64,000 nt of DNA, taken from the NCBI GenBank assembly GCA_046539305.1, contig JBKHHE010000002.1:35928-99927 (forward strand), in the 5' to 3' direction. The notes beneath the pieces were generated by a model. It saw only the letters and a program-made list of their open reading frames with translations, was not told the origin of the DNA and ran no database searches. Position numbers and translations under genes: made by a program. The DNA comes from Candidatus Aenigmatarchaeota archaeon (GTDB lineage Archaea; Aenigmatarchaeota; Aenigmatarchaeia; PWEA01). Positions 9,772 through 19,275 of this stretch are shown one piece after another. Positions within the stretch are counted from its first letter, which is position 1. Each line of letters starts with the position of its first letter.

Positions 9772-11028
9772 CTAGAGCTCGTACTCTGTCCCGACCCTCA
9801 GTTCGTTCTTATAGTCGGAGCCCACGTTCTTGTGCAGCTCCTCCATGACCTCCTCGGCTTCTTCGAAATTCTTCTCCCACTCCTTCCGGTACGATTCAAC
9901 GTGACTGTCGGGATCGAATCCCTTGGCCTTCGCTTCCTTTTTCAGCCTCTCTTCTGTGGGCCCGTACATTTTAAGCGGAAAATTCCAGGCTTTTCTGTAA
10001 ACAACATCTCCTAGGTCGTCCGATAGCTCTTCAAGTAGGCGAGGTAGCGTTTCTGGGTTGGGATTGTAGAAAAATGGATAAACGTCTATTCCAGCTTCAG
10101 CGTACTTTTTGAAGGAGCATTTTTGCTCTTCGAAGAATTCCTCATCGTATCTTGTGTTTCTCCGGAAGTTATCAGGGTCCGTTCCTTTAAAGCTTGCGAG
10201 GAGGCTGAAGTTATCGTATTCACCTATTTTTTGAAGGATATCCTCCTCCACTTCGCCCCTTTCCTCAAGCTCGTCGAGAAAGCGTCCGGTCGTAAGGTTC
10301 GTGTCGGACTGTACGTGGACTTCCTTGCCCAGACCGCGGTCCTCTAGATCACGGAGGACCTCGAGCCACTGTTCGGGGACCAGGCTCGGCTCCCCGCCGC
10401 TCGGCCTTATCCTGTTGAGCTCAAACTCCTCTCTTTCGCCTCTCTCGTCCTCAAAGGCGTCAAGGATCCCGTCCACTGAAATGAAGGCAGCACCCTTGTT
10501 CTCGACCGGGGTCTTGTTCGGCTCGTCCACGTAGCAGTAGGGACAGGAGAGGTTACAGGCCTTCAGCTGATAGATGAAGACGTCGTTATAGTTTTTCAGG
10601 TCCTCGTCAAGTCTGGCTTGTCCCTCGATGCTCCTGTAGGCCCAGGATGGCATGTCGAACCTCCCGGCCATCGCGTCCATTATCGCCTCCTCGTCCGACC
10701 AGTCGAAGTCCTCCTCTTTGAACTTGGGGACGTCCTCCTTTATCCTGAAAAAAGGATCTACAAGTAATTTTCTCCTTCTGTTTATATCCTTCTCCTGCCT
10801 CGTTCCTTCAAAGTTTGTGAGGAGGAGTTTCAGGCCCTCGTCCCTCTTCATGGCTCTGTCCCTCAGGCCGCGAAGCTGTTTGAAGTTCATCCAAAGAACG
10901 GTTAACAGGTAAATTTTAAATACCTTTTCTTCCAAACTAAGGTTGTCTCTCAACGTGCCGTTTGGGAAGACCGTCTTCCCACCTGAAAGGTGACTTTCAG
11001 GACCCGTTTGAAAAAAGACCTGATCCAC
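9772..11028 (-). CDS. Radical SAM domain protein with an N-terminal domain of unknown function
   Basis: CNLSCPYC (CxxxCxxC) cluster and GGEPSL motif. Confidence 0.7.
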   Translation of the reverse strand: MDQVFFQTGPESHLSGGKTVFPNGTLRDNLSLEEKVFKIYLLTVLWMNFKQLRGLRDRAMKRDEGLKLLLTNFEGTRQEKDINRRRKLLVDPFFRIKEDVPKFKEEDFDWSDEEAIMDAMAGRFDMPSWAYRSIEGQARLDEDLKNYNDVFIYQLKACNLSCPYCYVDEPNKTPVENKGAAFISVDGILDAFEDERGEREEFELNRIRPSGGEPSLVPEQWLEVLRDLEDRGLGKEVHVQSDTNLTTGRFLDELEERGEVEEDILQKIGEYDNFSLLASFKGTDPDNFRRNTRYDEEFFEEQKCSFKKYAEAGIDVYPFFYNPNPETLPRLLEELSDDLGDVVYRKAWNFPLKMYGPTEERLKKEAKAKGFDPDSHVESYRKEWEKNFEEAEEVMEELHKNVGSDYKNELRVGTEYEL

Positions 11029-11097
11029 TTCTAGCAGGTGCAGCCTCGAAAGTTATATAAACTTCCGGGCACCTGGAAAGGTGTGGTTTTGGACCCA

Positions 11098-11110
11098 CAC
11101 GTTTTTAAAG
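11098..11110 (+). promoter_or_regulatory. TATA-like box (TTTTTAAAGGTTT) for the L3 operon; a second box (AAGTTATATAAAC, about 11052) may serve the divergent radical-SAM gene
   Basis: AT-rich box about 40 bp upstream of the L3 ATG, followed by GGAG. Confidence 0.35.
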
Positions 11111-11144
11111 GTTTACGTGGAAAAAATAGGAGTTAAGTGATACC

Positions 11145-12104
11145 ATGCCGGAACCCAGCAGACCAAAGAAAGGCTCGACAGGAGTTTGGCCCAGGAAGCG
11201 GGCCAGTCGTATCTATCCCTCGCTCCATTCCTGGATCCAGACGGACGACTGCAAGCCTCTCGCGTTTGCGGGATACAAGGCCGGGATGACGCAGGTCATT
11301 ATGAAGGACCTGAGGAAAACATCCCCCACCAAAAACCAGCTCATTTCTGTTCCTGTGACTGTTTTCGACATACCACCTCTCTTTCTTCTTGGCGCGAGAT
11401 CCTACAAAGAAACGAATGAAGGGCTGGAGGTTCTGGAAGATATAGGAGCGGAGGCAGACGAGATTCCAAAGGACCTGCGGGAGAGGATCCATTTCGCCGA
11501 GAAAAGCAAACTGGAGAAAGAAGGCGATGAAATAAGGCTTATAGTATGCACACAACCGCGGAGAAGCGGTCTGGGCAAGAAGAGACCGGAAGTTTTCGAG
11601 GTCCCCCTTGGTGGAAACTTCAAGGAACAGAAGGAGTTCGTGGAGGAAAATGTGGGTGGGGAAATAGAGGTGGAGGACGTTTTTGAAGAAGGCGAGTTCC
11701 TGGACGCTGTGGCCATCACGAAAGGAAAGGGATACGAGGGACCTGTGAAGAGATACGGTGCGAAGATAGACAGAAGCAAGGACGAGTATCCAAGAAGGAT
11801 AGGGAGCATGGGGGCGAGGGGTCAGGGGAGGGTGCTTCACACAGCCCCACAGCCCGGACAGGACGGCTTTCACCGAAGAACTGATGAATGTAAGCACTTC
11901 CTTGGTACCTTCGACGCGGAGGAGGTGAATCCGGAGGACGGTTTCAAAAACTACGGGATCGTGAGGGAAAACTCTATGCTAGTAAAGGGAAGTACTCCGG
12001 GACCGAAAAAAAGGTTGGTCCTTTTCAGAAAAAGCATAAAGAACAGGAAGAAGCTTCCTGTGGAGATAAAAAACATAAAGAAATCAAGTCAGCAGGGTGC
12101 ATGA
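11145..12104 (+). CDS. rpl3: 50S ribosomal protein L3
   Basis: L3 homology; first gene of the conserved L3-L4-L23-L2 block; TTTTTAAAGG box about 40 bp upstream and GGAG RBS. Confidence 0.92.
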   Translation: MPEPSRPKKGSTGVWPRKRASRIYPSLHSWIQTDDCKPLAFAGYKAGMTQVIMKDLRKTSPTKNQLISVPVTVFDIPPLFLLGARSYKETNEGLEVLEDIGAEADEIPKDLRERIHFAEKSKLEKEGDEIRLIVCTQPRRSGLGKKRPEVFEVPLGGNFKEQKEFVEENVGGEIEVEDVFEEGEFLDAVAITKGKGYEGPVKRYGAKIDRSKDEYPRRIGSMGARGQGRVLHTAPQPGQDGFHRRTDECKHFLGTFDAEEVNPEDGFKNYGIVRENSMLVKGSTPGPKKRLVLFRKSIKNRKKLPVEIKNIKKSSQQGA

Positions 12105-12903
12105 TATGGTGAAAATACTGTCTTTGGACGGCGAGGAAACGAGGGAGAGAAAGCTTCCTGAAGTTTTTCAGGAGAACTACAGACCGGACCTGATAAAGAA
12201 GGCGGTAGAATACTACCAGTCCAGAAAGAGGCAGAGTTACGGAGCGGACAGAAAAGCAGGCATGAAGACGTCAGCACACTACGAAGGCTCCAGACACGTC
12301 GCCCCGAGCGCACAGATGATGAACCGGGAGATGTCAAGGATGCCGAGAGAGCACGGCGACACGGCACGTCGCTTCCGCGCCCTGCTTGCCCCACACGCTG
12401 TAGGGGGAATGAAGGCGCATCCCCCGAAGGCCGAGAAAAACTGGGAAAAGGATATGAACAACAAGGAGAGGAAGAAGGCCACGAGAAGCGCGATAGCTTC
12501 AACCGCGAAAAGGAAAGCAGTGGAGGAAAGGAACCACAGGTTCGAAGGAGAGCTCCCGATAGTGGTGGAAGACGGGCTCCAGGAGCTAGAAAAGACATCG
12601 GAGGTGGAGGAGTTTTTGAAAAAAATAGGACTTGGGGAGGATCTGCAGAGAGCCAGGGAAAGGAAGGTCAGAGGTGGAAAAGGCAAGAGGAGGGGAAGGA
12701 AATACAAGACGAAAAAATCCGTGCTGATAGTTGTAGCGGAGGACAAAGGTATAAAAAGATCCGCGAGAAATATACCCGGCGTCGAAGTCGTGGAAGTAGA
12801 AAACTTAAACTCCGAGGTGCTTTCTCCGGGGGCACACGGTACCAGACTGACAGTCTACACGGAGTCCGCGTTGAATGAAATCGATGGGAGGTGGAGTGCG
12901 TGA
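12097..12903 (+). CDS. rpl4: 50S ribosomal protein L4
   Basis: L4 homology and operon position. Confidence 0.9.
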   Translation: MHDMVKILSLDGEETRERKLPEVFQENYRPDLIKKAVEYYQSRKRQSYGADRKAGMKTSAHYEGSRHVAPSAQMMNREMSRMPREHGDTARRFRALLAPHAVGGMKAHPPKAEKNWEKDMNNKERKKATRSAIASTAKRKAVEERNHRFEGELPIVVEDGLQELEKTSEVEEFLKKIGLGEDLQRARERKVRGGKGKRRGRKYKTKKSVLIVVAEDKGIKRSARNIPGVEVVEVENLNSEVLSPGAHGTRLTVYTESALNEIDGRWSA

Positions 12904-13163
12904 AAAGGCCCATGGACGTGATAAAGTATCCCCACCTCACCGAGAAGTCCGTGGATATGGTGGAGAAGGAGAACAAGCTCGTATTTATAGTGGAGGACAA
13001 GACGAATAAAAATCAGATAAGATGGGCGGTGGAGGAGGAATTCGACGTAACCGTTGTAAAGGTAAATACCTTAAACACCATGAAAGGAAACAAAAAGGCC
13101 GTGGTAAAACTTTCAGAAGATGACAATGCGATTGATATAGCCACGCGCCTTGGAATGCTGTGA
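12891..13163 (+). CDS. rpl23: 50S ribosomal protein L23
   Basis: L23 homology and operon position. Confidence 0.88.
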   Translation: MECVKRPMDVIKYPHLTEKSVDMVEKENKLVFIVEDKTNKNQIRWAVEEEFDVTVVKVNTLNTMKGNKKAVVKLSEDDNAIDIATRLGML

Positions 13164-13169
13164 TGATAG

Positions 13170-13862
13170 ATGCCTAAAAGGACGAGATCTCAAAGGATGG
13201 GAAGCAGCAGAAACGTGGGGACCCCCAGCCACAGGTATTCCAGGGAAGTGGAATTTAACGACATCGAGGGCGAAGTGGTGGATATTATACACGACCCCGC
13301 CCGATCGGCGCCCCTAGCCAAAGTCAAGCTGGAGGACGGAAAGGAGAGGTATATAATAGCTCCGGAGGGCCTTGAAACCGGGGACGTTATAAAATGTGGA
13401 ATTTCCGCTCCAATAGAGCCGGGAAACAGGCTGAAGCTTGCGGAAATCCCGGAGGGAGTCCCTGTACACTCCATCGAGACAAATCCCGGTGAGGGCGGTA
13501 AACTGGTCAGGGCTTCGGGAACCTATGCAACGGTAAAAATGCATGACCTAGATAAGACCGTAGTAGAACTTCCCTCCGGTGAATCAAAGGAACTCAACCC
13601 GGCGTGCCAGGCGACTGTCGGAGCGGTAGCCGGAGGGGGGAGAAAGGAGAAACCATACGTAAAGGCGGGAAACAAATACAAGGCCAAGAAGGCCCGCGGA
13701 AAGAAGTATCCCAAGACTTCTGCCGTAGCGATGAACGCTGTAGACCATCCGTTTGGAGGGTCTACTAAACCCGGAAAACCGAAAACAACAAAGTCGACTG
13801 CGCCACCCGGCCAGAAGGCGGGGTCCTTTGGCGCGAAATCTTCCGGTAAAAAAGAGGACTGA
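13170..13862 (+). CDS. rpl2: 50S ribosomal protein L2
   Basis: L2 homology (HPFGG motif near C-terminus). Confidence 0.92.
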   Translation: MPKRTRSQRMGSSRNVGTPSHRYSREVEFNDIEGEVVDIIHDPARSAPLAKVKLEDGKERYIIAPEGLETGDVIKCGISAPIEPGNRLKLAEIPEGVPVHSIETNPGEGGKLVRASGTYATVKMHDLDKTVVELPSGESKELNPACQATVGAVAGGGRKEKPYVKAGNKYKAKKARGKKYPKTSAVAMNAVDHPFGGSTKPGKPKTTKSTAPPGQKAGSFGAKSSGKKED

Positions 13863-13879
13863 AGTAAAAACGTGTTATA

Positions 13880-14260
13880 ATGGCAAAGGACTTTCAGTTC
13901 AGGGGAAAGACAGTTGAAGAGTTGAGAGAGATGGACCTTACCGAGTTCGCGGAGCTGCTAGATGCAAGGAAAAGAAGGAGTCTGGTGAGGGGACTCACGG
14001 ACGCGCAAAAGAAGCTCATGGAGAAAATACGAGAAGGAGAGGACTACGTCAAGACACACGCCAGGGACATGGTAATCCTTCCTGAAATGGTAGGGACAAC
14101 CATAGGCGTACACAACGGCAAGGACTTCGTGGATATTGATATAGAGCCGGATATGATAGGTCACTATCTGGGCGAGTTCGCGGAGACCAGAAAGAAGGTC
14201 GAGCATTCAGCACCTGGACTCGGAGCTACAAGAACGTCCAAACATGTACCCCTGAAGTAA
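13880..14260 (+). CDS. rps19: 30S ribosomal protein S19
   Basis: S19 homology. Confidence 0.9.
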   Translation: MAKDFQFRGKTVEELREMDLTEFAELLDARKRRSLVRGLTDAQKKLMEKIREGEDYVKTHARDMVILPEMVGTTIGVHNGKDFVDIDIEPDMIGHYLGEFAETRKKVEHSAPGLGATRTSKHVPLK

Positions 14261-14274
14261 AGAGGTAGATTAAT

Positions 14275-14664
14275 ATGGTAGGTTACCCGGTCGAAGTTGA
14301 AGAAAGGGACGTCAAGGCAGCCGGCACAGACCTGAGAATATCCAGGAAGAAGGCGCAGAAAATATGCGAGGTAATAAACAACAAAAAAATGAAGCTGGAA
14401 AGGGCCCAGGAGTTCGTGCAGAACCTAATAGACGGCGAGGAAACTATAGGCAAGAAAACCTATAAAAAAGCAGCTGAGGGCATTCTGGAGGTTCTCAGGA
14501 ATGCGGAGAACAATGCCGAGTTCAAAGGTATCCCGGTAGAAAAACTACGTGTAAAAAGCATAACTACGGAGCCGGGAAGAACGCTGCGTAGGAGGAGGCG
14601 TAGGAGGGACTTTGGAAACAGGCTCAAAAATTCAAACGTAAAGGTCGTGCTGGAGAGAGGATAG
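14275..14664 (+). CDS. rpl22: 50S ribosomal protein L22
   Basis: L22 homology and operon position. Confidence 0.85.
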   Translation: MVGYPVEVEERDVKAAGTDLRISRKKAQKICEVINNKKMKLERAQEFVQNLIDGEETIGKKTYKKAAEGILEVLRNAENNAEFKGIPVEKLRVKSITTEPGRTLRRRRRRRDFGNRLKNSNVKVVLERG

Positions 14665-14665
14665 G

Positions 14666-15475
14666 ATGACGCTTGAAAAACAGTTCATAGATAAAGGGAT
14701 AAAGAAAGGTCAGCTCGAGGAGTTTTTTGAGGAGGAGTATCCAAGGGCTGGATATACGGGATGTGATATAAGAAGGACTCCCACGGGAGTCAAGATAACG
14801 ATACACGCGGACAAGCCCGGCCTCATAATTGGAAGGGGAGGAGGGAGAATAGACGAAGTTACCCAAAAACTGGGGGAAGAGTTTGGGTTTGAAGACCCGC
14901 AGATAGACGTTCAGGAGATAGAGAAGCCGGAACTCGACGCAAAGATAATGGCAAAGGAAATAAAGAACGCCATAGAGAGTGGCGCGAACTACAAGAGGGT
15001 GGCAGGCGGCGTGCTGAGGAGTATAATGGAGAGGGGCGCCGCGGGAGCGGAGATATCTATATCCGGAAAACTGTCGGGGGCAAGGGGCAGGACGGTCAGG
15101 TTCCAAGACGGGTATATGAAAAGCTGCGGTGAGCCCGCGAAGAAGCTTGTCGACAAGGCGGTAGAACATGCCAAAACAAAGCCAGGGACCATAGGAGTCA
15201 AGATGAAGATAATGGAGAGGAAGCCGGATGAAAAGGAGGAAAGGGAAGAGGAAGAAGAGGTCGAGGAGGAGGAATTCGAGCTCACGGAGGAAAAGGTAAA
15301 CGAGATAGTAGATTCATCCATAAACGATGCAAAGGAAAAAATCGAAGAAATAGACGAACACCTGGACATCGAGGACTACAAAACAATACTGGAATATGAA
15401 ATGGACGACAAGAAGAGGAAGGGTATGACGAAGTTCCTGAAAAGAAAGGTGGAAGAAAAGGAGGAGTCTGATTAA
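14666..15475 (+). CDS. rps3: 30S ribosomal protein S3, with a ~60-aa acidic C-terminal extension
   Basis: KH-domain S3 core (IGRGGGRIDEV); poly-E tail. Confidence 0.9.
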   Translation: MTLEKQFIDKGIKKGQLEEFFEEEYPRAGYTGCDIRRTPTGVKITIHADKPGLIIGRGGGRIDEVTQKLGEEFGFEDPQIDVQEIEKPELDAKIMAKEIKNAIESGANYKRVAGGVLRSIMERGAAGAEISISGKLSGARGRTVRFQDGYMKSCGEPAKKLVDKAVEHAKTKPGTIGVKMKIMERKPDEKEEREEEEEVEEEEFELTEEKVNEIVDSSINDAKEKIEEIDEHLDIEDYKTILEYEMDDKKRKGMTKFLKRKVEEKEESD

Positions 15476-15476
15476 A

Positions 15477-15674
15477 ATGGCAATACTGAAGGCGGAAGAA
15501 ATAGAGGAAATGGGAGAGGAGGAGCTGGAGAAGAAACTGGATGAACTGGAGCTGGAGCTGGCAAAGGAGAAGGCGCAAGTAAAGATAGGAGGAGTCCCGG
15601 AAAACGCCGGGAGGATGAACGAAATGAAAAGGACTATAGCAAGGATAAAAACAAAGCTTTCCAAAACGAGGTGA
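15477..15674 (+). CDS. rpl29: 50S ribosomal protein L29
   Basis: L29 homology and operon position. Confidence 0.85.
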   Translation: MAILKAEEIEEMGEEELEKKLDELELELAKEKAQVKIGGVPENAGRMNEMKRTIARIKTKLSKTR

Positions 15675-15680
15675 AAATAG

Positions 15681-15986
15681 ATCGCTAACTGCCCCGACTG
15701 TGGACTGCCGGAAGAGCTCTGCGTCTGTGATACGATAGCGAAGGAAGAGGAAAAAATAGAGGTCAGGAAAACTAGGAGAAGCTACGGAAAGGAACTCACT
15801 GTATTAGAAAACGTTTCGGAGGACATGAATCCCGAAGAACTAGCAAAGAACCTCAAGAAAAAGCTAGCATGTGGAGGAACCTACAAAGAAGGGAGGATCG
15901 AGCTCCAGGGGGACCACCTGAGGAAAATAAAGGATCTCCTGGTCGCAGAGGGGTTTCCGGAAAACAAGATCGAAATAAAGGATTGA
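15681..15986 (+). CDS. Translation initiation factor SUI1 (aSUI1/eIF1); no in-frame ATG, GTG or TTG start (see finding)
   Basis: Hand translation IANCPDCGLPEELCVCDTIAKEEEKIEVRKTRRSYGKELTVLEN...ACGGTYKEGRIELQGDH; conserved position between L29 and Rpp29. Confidence 0.6.
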   Translation: MANCPDCGLPEELCVCDTIAKEEEKIEVRKTRRSYGKELTVLENVSEDMNPEELAKNLKKKLACGGTYKEGRIELQGDHLRKIKDLLVAEGFPENKIEIKD

Positions 15987-15987
15987 G

Positions 15988-16266
15988 ATGAGAGATGCCA
16001 AGAACCTCCCCCGACACGAGCTTATAGGGCTCGAAGTGAGGGTGATGGAAAGTGAAAACGAAGTGGAGGAAGGTATACAGGGGAAGGTAATAGACGAGGG
16101 AAAAGGTGTTTTAAAAGTTGAGCACGAAGATGATGAGAAAACCCTTGCCAAGAAAGGGCGGGTCTTCAACTTCAAGCTTCCCTCCAACGAGGAAGTGAAG
16201 GTGGAAGGCGACGTCCTGGAAGGGAGACCCGAGGAAAGGATAAAGAAAAAATTGAGGAAATGGTGA
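15988..16266 (+). CDS. rnp1: RNase P protein subunit Rpp29 (Pop4)
   Basis: Strong similarity to archaeal Rpp29 (HELIGLEV...KGRVFNFKLP...GRPEERIKKKL); canonical position before S17. Confidence 0.75.
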   Translation: MRDAKNLPRHELIGLEVRVMESENEVEEGIQGKVIDEGKGVLKVEHEDDEKTLAKKGRVFNFKLPSNEEVKVEGDVLEGRPEERIKKKLRKW

Positions 16267-16270
16267 AAAA

Positions 16271-16588
16271 ATGGCTCTAGGCCTCGACGTAAAAGCTCCA
16301 GAAAAGGAGTGTGAAGACGAAAACTGTCCGTTCCATGGACAGGTATCGGTCAGAGGTAGAACTTTCGAAGGCGTGGTCAAGTCGAAGAGCGAAAAGACCG
16401 TGACGGTGCAGTGGCAGTACTACAAATACGTGCCCAAATATGAAAGGTATATGAGGAAAAACACAAAGATTATGAGCCATCTGCCTCCATGCCTCGAGAT
16501 AGAGGAAGGAGATAAAGTCAAGATAGGTGAAACCAGACCACTTTCAAAGGGTAAAAGCTTCGTAGTGCTCGAAAAGGTGGGTGATTAA
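16271..16588 (+). CDS. rps17: 30S ribosomal protein S17
   Basis: S17 homology and operon position. Confidence 0.88.
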   Translation: MALGLDVKAPEKECEDENCPFHGQVSVRGRTFEGVVKSKSEKTVTVQWQYYKYVPKYERYMRKNTKIMSHLPPCLEIEEGDKVKIGETRPLSKGKSFVVLEKVGD

Positions 16589-16987
16589 ATGAAGGCTGTA
16601 GGAAGCAATATCACCAGAGGGATTGGACATGGGGCAAAACTGGAATGTGCAGATAACACAGGAGCAAAGATGTTGAAAGTCACTTCCATAATCAACTACA
16701 AGGGAACCAGAGCCAGGCAACCCAGAGCTGGCGTAGGCAACATCGTCAGGTGCTCGGTAATAAAGGGTTCCCCGGAAATGAAGGAGGAGACGCCGCTCGC
16801 GGTAATTATACGACAAAGAAAGGAGTGGAGGAGGCCCGACGGCAGGAGGATAAAGTTCAATGACAACGCGGCGGTTCTAATAAACGAAAGAAACGAGCCC
16901 CGTGGAAACGAGATAAAGGGTGCCGTTGCAAAGGAAGTGGTCGAAAGGTTCCCCGAAATAGGAAAGGTGGCCAGAACCGTGGTATGA
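16589..16987 (+). CDS. rpl14: 50S ribosomal protein L14
   Basis: L14 homology. Confidence 0.9.
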   Translation: MKAVGSNITRGIGHGAKLECADNTGAKMLKVTSIINYKGTRARQPRAGVGNIVRCSVIKGSPEMKEETPLAVIIRQRKEWRRPDGRRIKFNDNAAVLINERNEPRGNEIKGAVAKEVVERFPEIGKVARTVV

Positions 16988-17511
16988 TGGTTAGAAGCAA
17001 AAAACCAAAGAAACAGAGGAAGGAAGTCTCAAGGACTCCCCTGCACAGGAGACAAAGGAAAGTATCCGCTCTCCTGGAAAGGAGTCTACGAGAGGAGTTC
17101 GACAGAAGAAACCTTCCTCTGAGAAGTGGAGACGAAGTGAGGATTATGAAAGGAGATTTCAAAGGGACGGAGGACGAAGTCCATGAGGTAGATTTGAGAA
17201 AGCAAAAAGTTACCCTGGAAGACCTGAATGTGGAAAAGGTTGACGGCACCGAGGTCAGGCCAAAGATAGATCCGTCCAACCTGATGATACTGGATCCGGA
17301 CCTTTCCGATAAAATGAGGAGCAAGATAGTTGAAAGGGCCGGAGGAGAGGTTTCAGAGGAGTTCACAGAGGCAGAAAGCGAAGAGGAAGAAGAGGAGGAA
17401 GAGGGAAAGAAGGAGGAGGGCTTTAGATGTGAGATATGTGGTGACGTCTTCGACTCAAAGAGGGGACTAAATATCCACAAAGGACAAAAACATCCTGAAT
17501 ACATGAAATGA
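16984..17511 (+). CDS. rpl24: 50S ribosomal protein L24 (KOW) with an acidic linker and a C-terminal C2H2 zinc finger
   Basis: L24 core (GDEVRIMKGDFKG); C-terminal FRCEICGDVFDSKRGLNIHKGQKH after a poly-E stretch. Confidence 0.85.
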   Translation: MMVRSKKPKKQRKEVSRTPLHRRQRKVSALLERSLREEFDRRNLPLRSGDEVRIMKGDFKGTEDEVHEVDLRKQKVTLEDLNVEKVDGTEVRPKIDPSNLMILDPDLSDKMRSKIVERAGGEVSEEFTEAESEEEEEEEEGKKEEGFRCEICGDVFDSKRGLNIHKGQKHPEYMK

Positions 17512-18233
17512 GTGATAAAATGTCAAAACACCAGAAGGCACTGTCTTCGCCGAAATCGTATCCAATAGGCAGAAAAGAAAGGCCCTGGACCTTGAAACCC
17601 AGAGCCGGTCCACACCCAAAGGATGACTCCATACCTCTGGGGATAGTGGTAAGGGACATGCTGGGGTACGTGGACAATGTAAGCGAGGTCAAGGAGGTAC
17701 TCGAAAAGGGCCTGTGCAAGGTAGACGGGAAGGTTGTCAGGGATCACAGACTCCCCCTCGGAACGTTCGACTCCCTGCAGCTGGGGGATGAGTATTTTAG
17801 ACTGATGCCATCTGAGGAGGGATTTGAACTTGTTGGGGTGGATGAAGCCGACTCCGGCAAAAAAGTATGCAGAGTCGAAGACAAGAAAACGGTCAAAGGT
17901 GGAAAGATCCAGCTCAACCTGAACGACGGTAAGAATATCGTGGTCGACAAGAAAAGGCTTAAGAAACTCCCTACCGGCTCATCGCTCGTCTTAAGCCTAC
18001 CCGAACTCGAGATAGAGGAAGTAATTGAATTTGAAGAAGGACAGGAAGCTATGGTAACAGGAGGAAAGAACAGAGGAAAGGTGGCGGAGCTCCAGGAGAC
18101 AAAAGAGCTCAAAGGAAGCAAGGAAAACAGAGTCGTGGTCTCAAGCAACGGCGACGAACTCGACCTCCCCGAAAAACTTGTCTTCCCCGTAAACGAGGAA
18201 ATGATAAAACTTCGGGATAACCATGACGAATGA
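17508..18233 (+). CDS. rps4e: 30S ribosomal protein S4e
   Basis: S4e homology. Confidence 0.9.
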   Translation: MSDKMSKHQKALSSPKSYPIGRKERPWTLKPRAGPHPKDDSIPLGIVVRDMLGYVDNVSEVKEVLEKGLCKVDGKVVRDHRLPLGTFDSLQLGDEYFRLMPSEEGFELVGVDEADSGKKVCRVEDKKTVKGGKIQLNLNDGKNIVVDKKRLKKLPTGSSLVLSLPELEIEEVIEFEEGQEAMVTGGKNRGKVAELQETKELKGSKENRVVVSSNGDELDLPEKLVFPVNEEMIKLRDNHDE

Positions 18234-18738
18234 AAACCCAATGAAGGAAATAAAGTTGGAGAAGGTCGTCCTAAACATAGGGGCAGGAGGTCCCGGTGAG
18301 AAACTTGAGAAGGCGAAAAACCTGCTCGAAAGTCTCACAGGAAGGGGGGCAAAGATCACGAAAGCCAGGGGCAGAAGCGCTTTCGGCGTCTCCAAAGGAA
18401 GGGATATAGGCGCAATGGTCACTCTAAGGGAAAATGAAGCCGAAAGGTTCCTTGAAAGGGTCTTTGAGGCCAAAGAAAATAGGATAAGCAGGGACGTCTT
18501 TGACCAGCAGGGAAACCTTTCCCTGGGCATAAAGGAACATATTGACCTTCCGGGAACCGACTACGACCCCGAGGTTGGTATCTTCGGGATGGACGTGGCC
18601 GTAAAACTTGAAAGGCCTGGCTTCAGAATTAAGAAGAAGAAGGTCTCCAAAGAAATAGGCAAGGACCATAAAATTTCCAAGGACGAGGCGATAAGCTTCA
18701 TCCAAAAAAACTTCGATGTCGAAGTAGTTGGTGATTAA
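18223..18738 (+). CDS. rpl5: 50S ribosomal protein L5
   Basis: L5 homology. Confidence 0.9.
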   Translation: MTNENPMKEIKLEKVVLNIGAGGPGEKLEKAKNLLESLTGRGAKITKARGRSAFGVSKGRDIGAMVTLRENEAERFLERVFEAKENRISRDVFDQQGNLSLGIKEHIDLPGTDYDPEVGIFGMDVAVKLERPGFRIKKKKVSKEIGKDHKISKDEAISFIQKNFDVEVVGD

Positions 18739-18739
18739 C

Positions 18740-18871
18740 TTGGCTAAAAAGGAAGTTCCAAAATGCAGGCGATGTGGAAACAGGAAGGGAGTGATAAGAA
18801 AATACGGCCTCTACATATGCAGGCAATGTTTTAGAGAGGTCGCCGAGGAGCTGGGTTTCGAAAAATACTAG
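18740..18871 (+). CDS. rps14: 30S ribosomal protein S14 (zinc-binding type), TTG start
   Basis: Hand translation (M)[42 protein letters not shown]; below the ORF-track size cutoff. Confidence 0.7.
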   Translation: MAKKEVPKCRRCGNRKGVIRKYGLYICRQCFREVAEELGFEKY

Positions 18872-18880
18872 GTGACTTAA

Positions 18881-19267
18881 ATGAGGCATTCAATACTTGC
18901 GGACTGTATGTCGGCGCTCAAAAACGCAGAAGATGTGGGCAAGGATAGATGTACCGTTCAGGCATCGGGACTTGTCACGGAGATTTTGAAAACCCTCCAG
19001 GACAAGGGCTATATCGGTGAGTTCGAGTTGATAGAGGACAATAGAGGCGGAAAGCTAAGGATAAAAATGATAGGCAAGATAAACGACTGCAATATAATAA
19101 GGCCACATTTTTCCGTGAAGAAAGATAACTTCGAGGAATGGGAAAAGAGGTTCCTCCCGGCAAAGGGAATGGGCTACCTCCTGGTAAGCACTTCCCAAGG
19201 AATTAAAACCCACGAAGAGGCGAAGGAAGAGGAAATGGGCGGAAAGCTCATGGCCTACGTATACTGA
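18881..19267 (+). CDS. rps8: 30S ribosomal protein S8
   Basis: S8 homology. Confidence 0.9.
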   Translation: MRHSILADCMSALKNAEDVGKDRCTVQASGLVTEILKTLQDKGYIGEFELIEDNRGGKLRIKMIGKINDCNIIRPHFSVKKDNFEEWEKRFLPAKGMGYLLVSTSQGIKTHEEAKEEEMGGKLMAYVY

Positions 19268-19275
19268 GGATAATT

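Noticed and set aside
11133-11897. 254-aa minus-strand ORF and several other long antisense ORFs (e.g. 7469-8170, 22053-22814, 46214-46966, 896-4534 region)
   Set aside because: They lie entirely inside well-supported conserved genes (L3, EF-1alpha, L30/L15, thiI, S12) on the opposite strand and have low-complexity S/P/L-rich translations typical of antisense frames in coding DNA.
15675-15683. Recoding of TAG (e.g. pyrrolysine) to explain the missing SUI1 start
   Set aside because: TAG is used as an ordinary stop by several well-supported genes in this window (rpoD, S14, L6, a methyltransferase), so genome-wide TAG reassignment is unlikely.
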